Positions 61,579 to 64,000 of a stretch of DNA of 64,000 bases are shown piece after piece (position 1 is the first letter of the stretch; every line of letters starts with the position of its first letter). The translations under genes and the position numbers were made by a program. The notes under the pieces were generated by a model, which was not told the origin of the DNA, did no database searches, and saw only the letters and a list, made by a program, of their open reading frames with translations. Location: positions 62,001 through 126,000 of IMG/VR virus record IMGVR_UViG_3300047095_000752, one strand, 5' to 3'.

Positions 61579-62499
61579 TTAATCGTCTTCTAATAAATCG
61601 GATTCTTGAGATAAGAATTTCTTAACTTCTATGTGAAATTCATCGGGAATCATGCTTTTGTATGGTGAATTAATAATGCCATATATAAGATATGGTTCAA
61701 AAAGCTGACACGCTAGTCGTAATGGTACACCAACATTACCAACTTTTAATTTATAATTCGGTGTAATGACCGCACGAGCAGAATAGTCCACCCGCTTACC
61801 CAGAAGATGGTTTCGTATCAGACCTTCCTTCTTGGATACTTTTACTTTTACAAGCTCATATAGATCTCGCATAAATAATTGCATTCTATAACTGAAAATA
61901 TCAAACAACTGACCGGATACACTACCTAACTGAGTTCCTGCCATAATTATTTTTTGATATAACTTTGTGAGATCATCGATCTGGATATCCCCAGTAATTT
62001 CGTCAATCTGAATTGGTCTATATTCGGGTGAAATTACAGGTAATTTATTTATAAAGAAAGTTCGATCATCAACTGCTTTGTAAAGTACATCGATAATCTT
62101 ATTTCGGTCTCCACCCTCTTCACCGGTCGAAAAACGTATCTTATGGATGTTGTTTACAAATGCAGTCATACCATTAATATCACCCATATCATCTTCGACT
62201 AAATTATTATTCGAATCCAGTGAAAATATGGCTTCCCCAGATAATAAGTCGGGGATGCGTCTAAAGATACGCTTCTCTAAAATATCATATAGAAATGGGT
62301 GAACAACATTACAGTTTAGATCAATCCAAGAATAATTAGAACGTCTCTCTTTAGATCCTTCTACCCCGAAGATAGTTTCTGAATATAAACCTTGAGGGTG
62401 GAAATTCATAGACTTATCGAAGTAGATTTGATGTGATGTTATAGCTTCTAGTGCCTTCTTTTCTTTTAAAAAGACATCTACGTGAATTGGTTCGATCAT
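61579..62499 (-). CDS. rpoC: RNA polymerase beta' N-terminal fragment
   Basis: GLYSETIFG, LPVISPEYRP, DDLTKLYQKII, GLIRNHLLGKRVDYSARAVI, LFEPY. Confidence 0.93.
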   Translation of the reverse strand: MIEPIHVDVFLKEKKALEAITSHQIYFDKSMNFHPQGLYSETIFGVEGSKERRSNYSWIDLNCNVVHPFLYDILEKRIFRRIPDLLSGEAIFSLDSNNNLVEDDMGDINGMTAFVNNIHKIRFSTGEEGGDRNKIIDVLYKAVDDRTFFINKLPVISPEYRPIQIDEITGDIQIDDLTKLYQKIIMAGTQLGSVSGQLFDIFSYRMQLFMRDLYELVKVKVSKKEGLIRNHLLGKRVDYSARAVITPNYKLKVGNVGVPLRLACQLFEPYLIYGIINSPYKSMIPDEFHIEVKKFLSQESDLLEDD

Positions 62500-62510
62500 A
62501 AAAATACCTC

Positions 62511-62574
62511 TAAAAATTTGTCCAATTAATTAAATTTTATAAAAAAACATGGTGGAAATACATATTCCACCATG
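62511..62574 (-). promoter_or_regulatory. Terminator (62541-62574) followed by putative late promoter (62511-62523)
   Basis: CATGGTGGAA/TTCCACCATG stem; GGACAAATTTTTA. Confidence 0.6.
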
Positions 62575-62592
62575 CTTCTAATTTCTATTATA

Positions 62593-62955
62593 TCACAGAT
62601 CCTTATAGGATCCCTTAATAAAATGTTCGATTATGTTGTCTTTCATCTTGTCAAGGACTGGAAATGAGGATCGGTTCTTCTCAATCACAGTTTCCAATAT
62701 CCCCAATATGACTTTATAGTCTATCTTATCTTTATCATCTTTAACATATTTATTATGGAATTCAACAAATTTTCTGATATCTTTTAAATTGTATTTTTTA
62801 AGAATTTTGAAATGTCGTATGGATATGGGGTTGTGTTCTATATAAACGTCCTCATATACCGCGTATAATTCCTTCATATTTTTTATTGTTTTATATTTGA
62901 CTTTGAATAGAATTAAGTCGATAAACACTTTGAGTTTATTATATTTTTCATCCAT
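62593..62955 (-). CDS. Hypothetical protein
   Basis: 120-aa ORF ending before a terminator. Confidence 0.6.
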   Translation of the reverse strand: MDEKYNKLKVFIDLILFKVKYKTIKNMKELYAVYEDVYIEHNPISIRHFKILKKYNLKDIRKFVEFHNKYVKDDKDKIDYKVILGILETVIEKNRSSFPVLDKMKDNIIEHFIKGSYKDL

Positions 62956-62961
62956 AATATA

Positions 62962-63846
62962 TCAGTCCGATTCGATCTTGGATTCAGGGGTGTGTCCAAT
63001 CTTGAAGAGCGAATCCATGTTGCCGCTCAGGGCGTCCAGATCAACTTTCGCGTTCTGGACATTGTCATGGATATAGTCGCCCCACGGGATTTTGCGTTTG
63101 TCGATGGACTTGAAGAAATCGATTTCGTATTCGCACCATTTCTGGTACATCGGGAAATCCGCCGCGTTGGCTTCTTCGTTCATCTGACCTTGGAAGTCCG
63201 CCATGTACAGTTCCCAAATCCGAAGGAGTTCCGTGTCCTTCAGCTTGACTATGAACAGGTCGGCTTCCTTGTCTGAGTTCATGGCGACAGCGTACAGGGA
63301 GAACAGAGTGTTCATCTGCGTGAAGGCGTACAGGAGAAGCTTGCACTGGTCCTTGGTGTACGGGAAGTGGGTCAGGTCGCCGTAACAGTCGTAGTTGGAG
63401 TCCTTGTGATCCTTCATGACATCGAAGACTTCATTCTTGAGGTTATCATAGTTCGGAAGCTTGGACAGGATCTTCCGGAAGGTGCCATCCGGATCGTCTT
63501 CAACGTCCTTGAGGAGTTCATCCATGTTGATATCGTTGACAAGGGTGTCGTGGATGTGCTGGACGAGGTTGTGATACAGACGCTGTTCAATGGTGAGTTG
63601 CTCACCACCATCTTCGGAGCATATGTTGGACATCATGGCTGTGGTGTAAAAGCGATTGATGTCAGCTTGACTGTTGAAGAATGCGATGGTGTTGACATTT
63701 CGGGCAACACGGTCGGGGGAGCCGAGTTCACCGTCGTAAAAGTCGATTCCCTTGATGTTGTGGAAGAAAACCATCCACGTCTCGGGGAGTTCAAGCGCGT
63801 CAATCCGCGCACGCATCTTCTTTGTGAGCTTTGCCATTGTTTTCAA
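62962..63846 (-). CDS. Hypothetical acidic protein (GC-rich, strong codon bias)
   Basis: 294 aa, C/G-ending codons, AAGGA RBS. Confidence 0.75.
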   Translation of the reverse strand: MKTMAKLTKKMRARIDALELPETWMVFFHNIKGIDFYDGELGSPDRVARNVNTIAFFNSQADINRFYTTAMMSNICSEDGGEQLTIEQRLYHNLVQHIHDTLVNDINMDELLKDVEDDPDGTFRKILSKLPNYDNLKNEVFDVMKDHKDSNYDCYGDLTHFPYTKDQCKLLLYAFTQMNTLFSLYAVAMNSDKEADLFIVKLKDTELLRIWELYMADFQGQMNEEANAADFPMYQKWCEYEIDFFKSIDKRKIPWGDYIHDNVQNAKVDLDALSGNMDSLFKIGHTPESKIESD

Positions 63847-64000
63847 ATTCCTTTATTCACACTACGGTTTAAGAGACACAACAGTTTATATACTATAATA
63901 ATATTTTGCCCGTGGAACCAATTGTCTTAACATAAGCATAATGTCGACATCGTACTTATGATTCATCCCGCGAGGCTTTAAATACTTATAGAATACTAAA

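Noticed and set aside
1-64000. CRISPR arrays, tRNA or rRNA genes
   Set aside because: No regularly spaced direct repeats or cloverleaf/T-loop signatures noticed by eye

Overview
An AT-rich, almost entirely minus-strand segment of a large (jumbo/huge) dsDNA bacteriophage genome, standard genetic code. (1) Replication/recombination cluster at 1-14.8 kb: SbcC/SbcD, probable sliding clamp, SF2 helicase, two-subunit type IIA topoisomerase and SSB, behind a canonical sigma70 promoter. (2) A phage multi-subunit RNA polymerase in five separate ORFs: beta-N 24724-26364, beta-C 15830-18313, beta'-N 61579-62499, beta'-middle 59344-60834 (DFDGD) and beta'-C 55767-57323. The last two carry the halves of an atypically split intein (23-aa IntN, 256-aa IntC) in the trigger loop, separated by a free-standing Vsr/Hef-type endonuclease gene, so the enzyme probably needs protein trans-splicing. 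The beta halves are separated by a 6.4-kb island bounded by two convergent paralogous HNH genes, and beta-N carries a ~230-aa N-terminal domain shared with an adjacent putative head protein. (3) Dam methylase, lysozyme, and a Type IIG-like R-M fusion followed by a duplicated, membrane-anchored copy of its nuclease domain. (4) Several tandem arrays of short, translationally coupled, highly diverged paralogous ORFs, delimited by repeated terminator+promoter-like junctions. Three candidate promoter classes are visible: host sigma70, an AT-rich 20-mer, and RACA-N6-TA. All calls come from motif recognition and manual alignment; no database searches were run.
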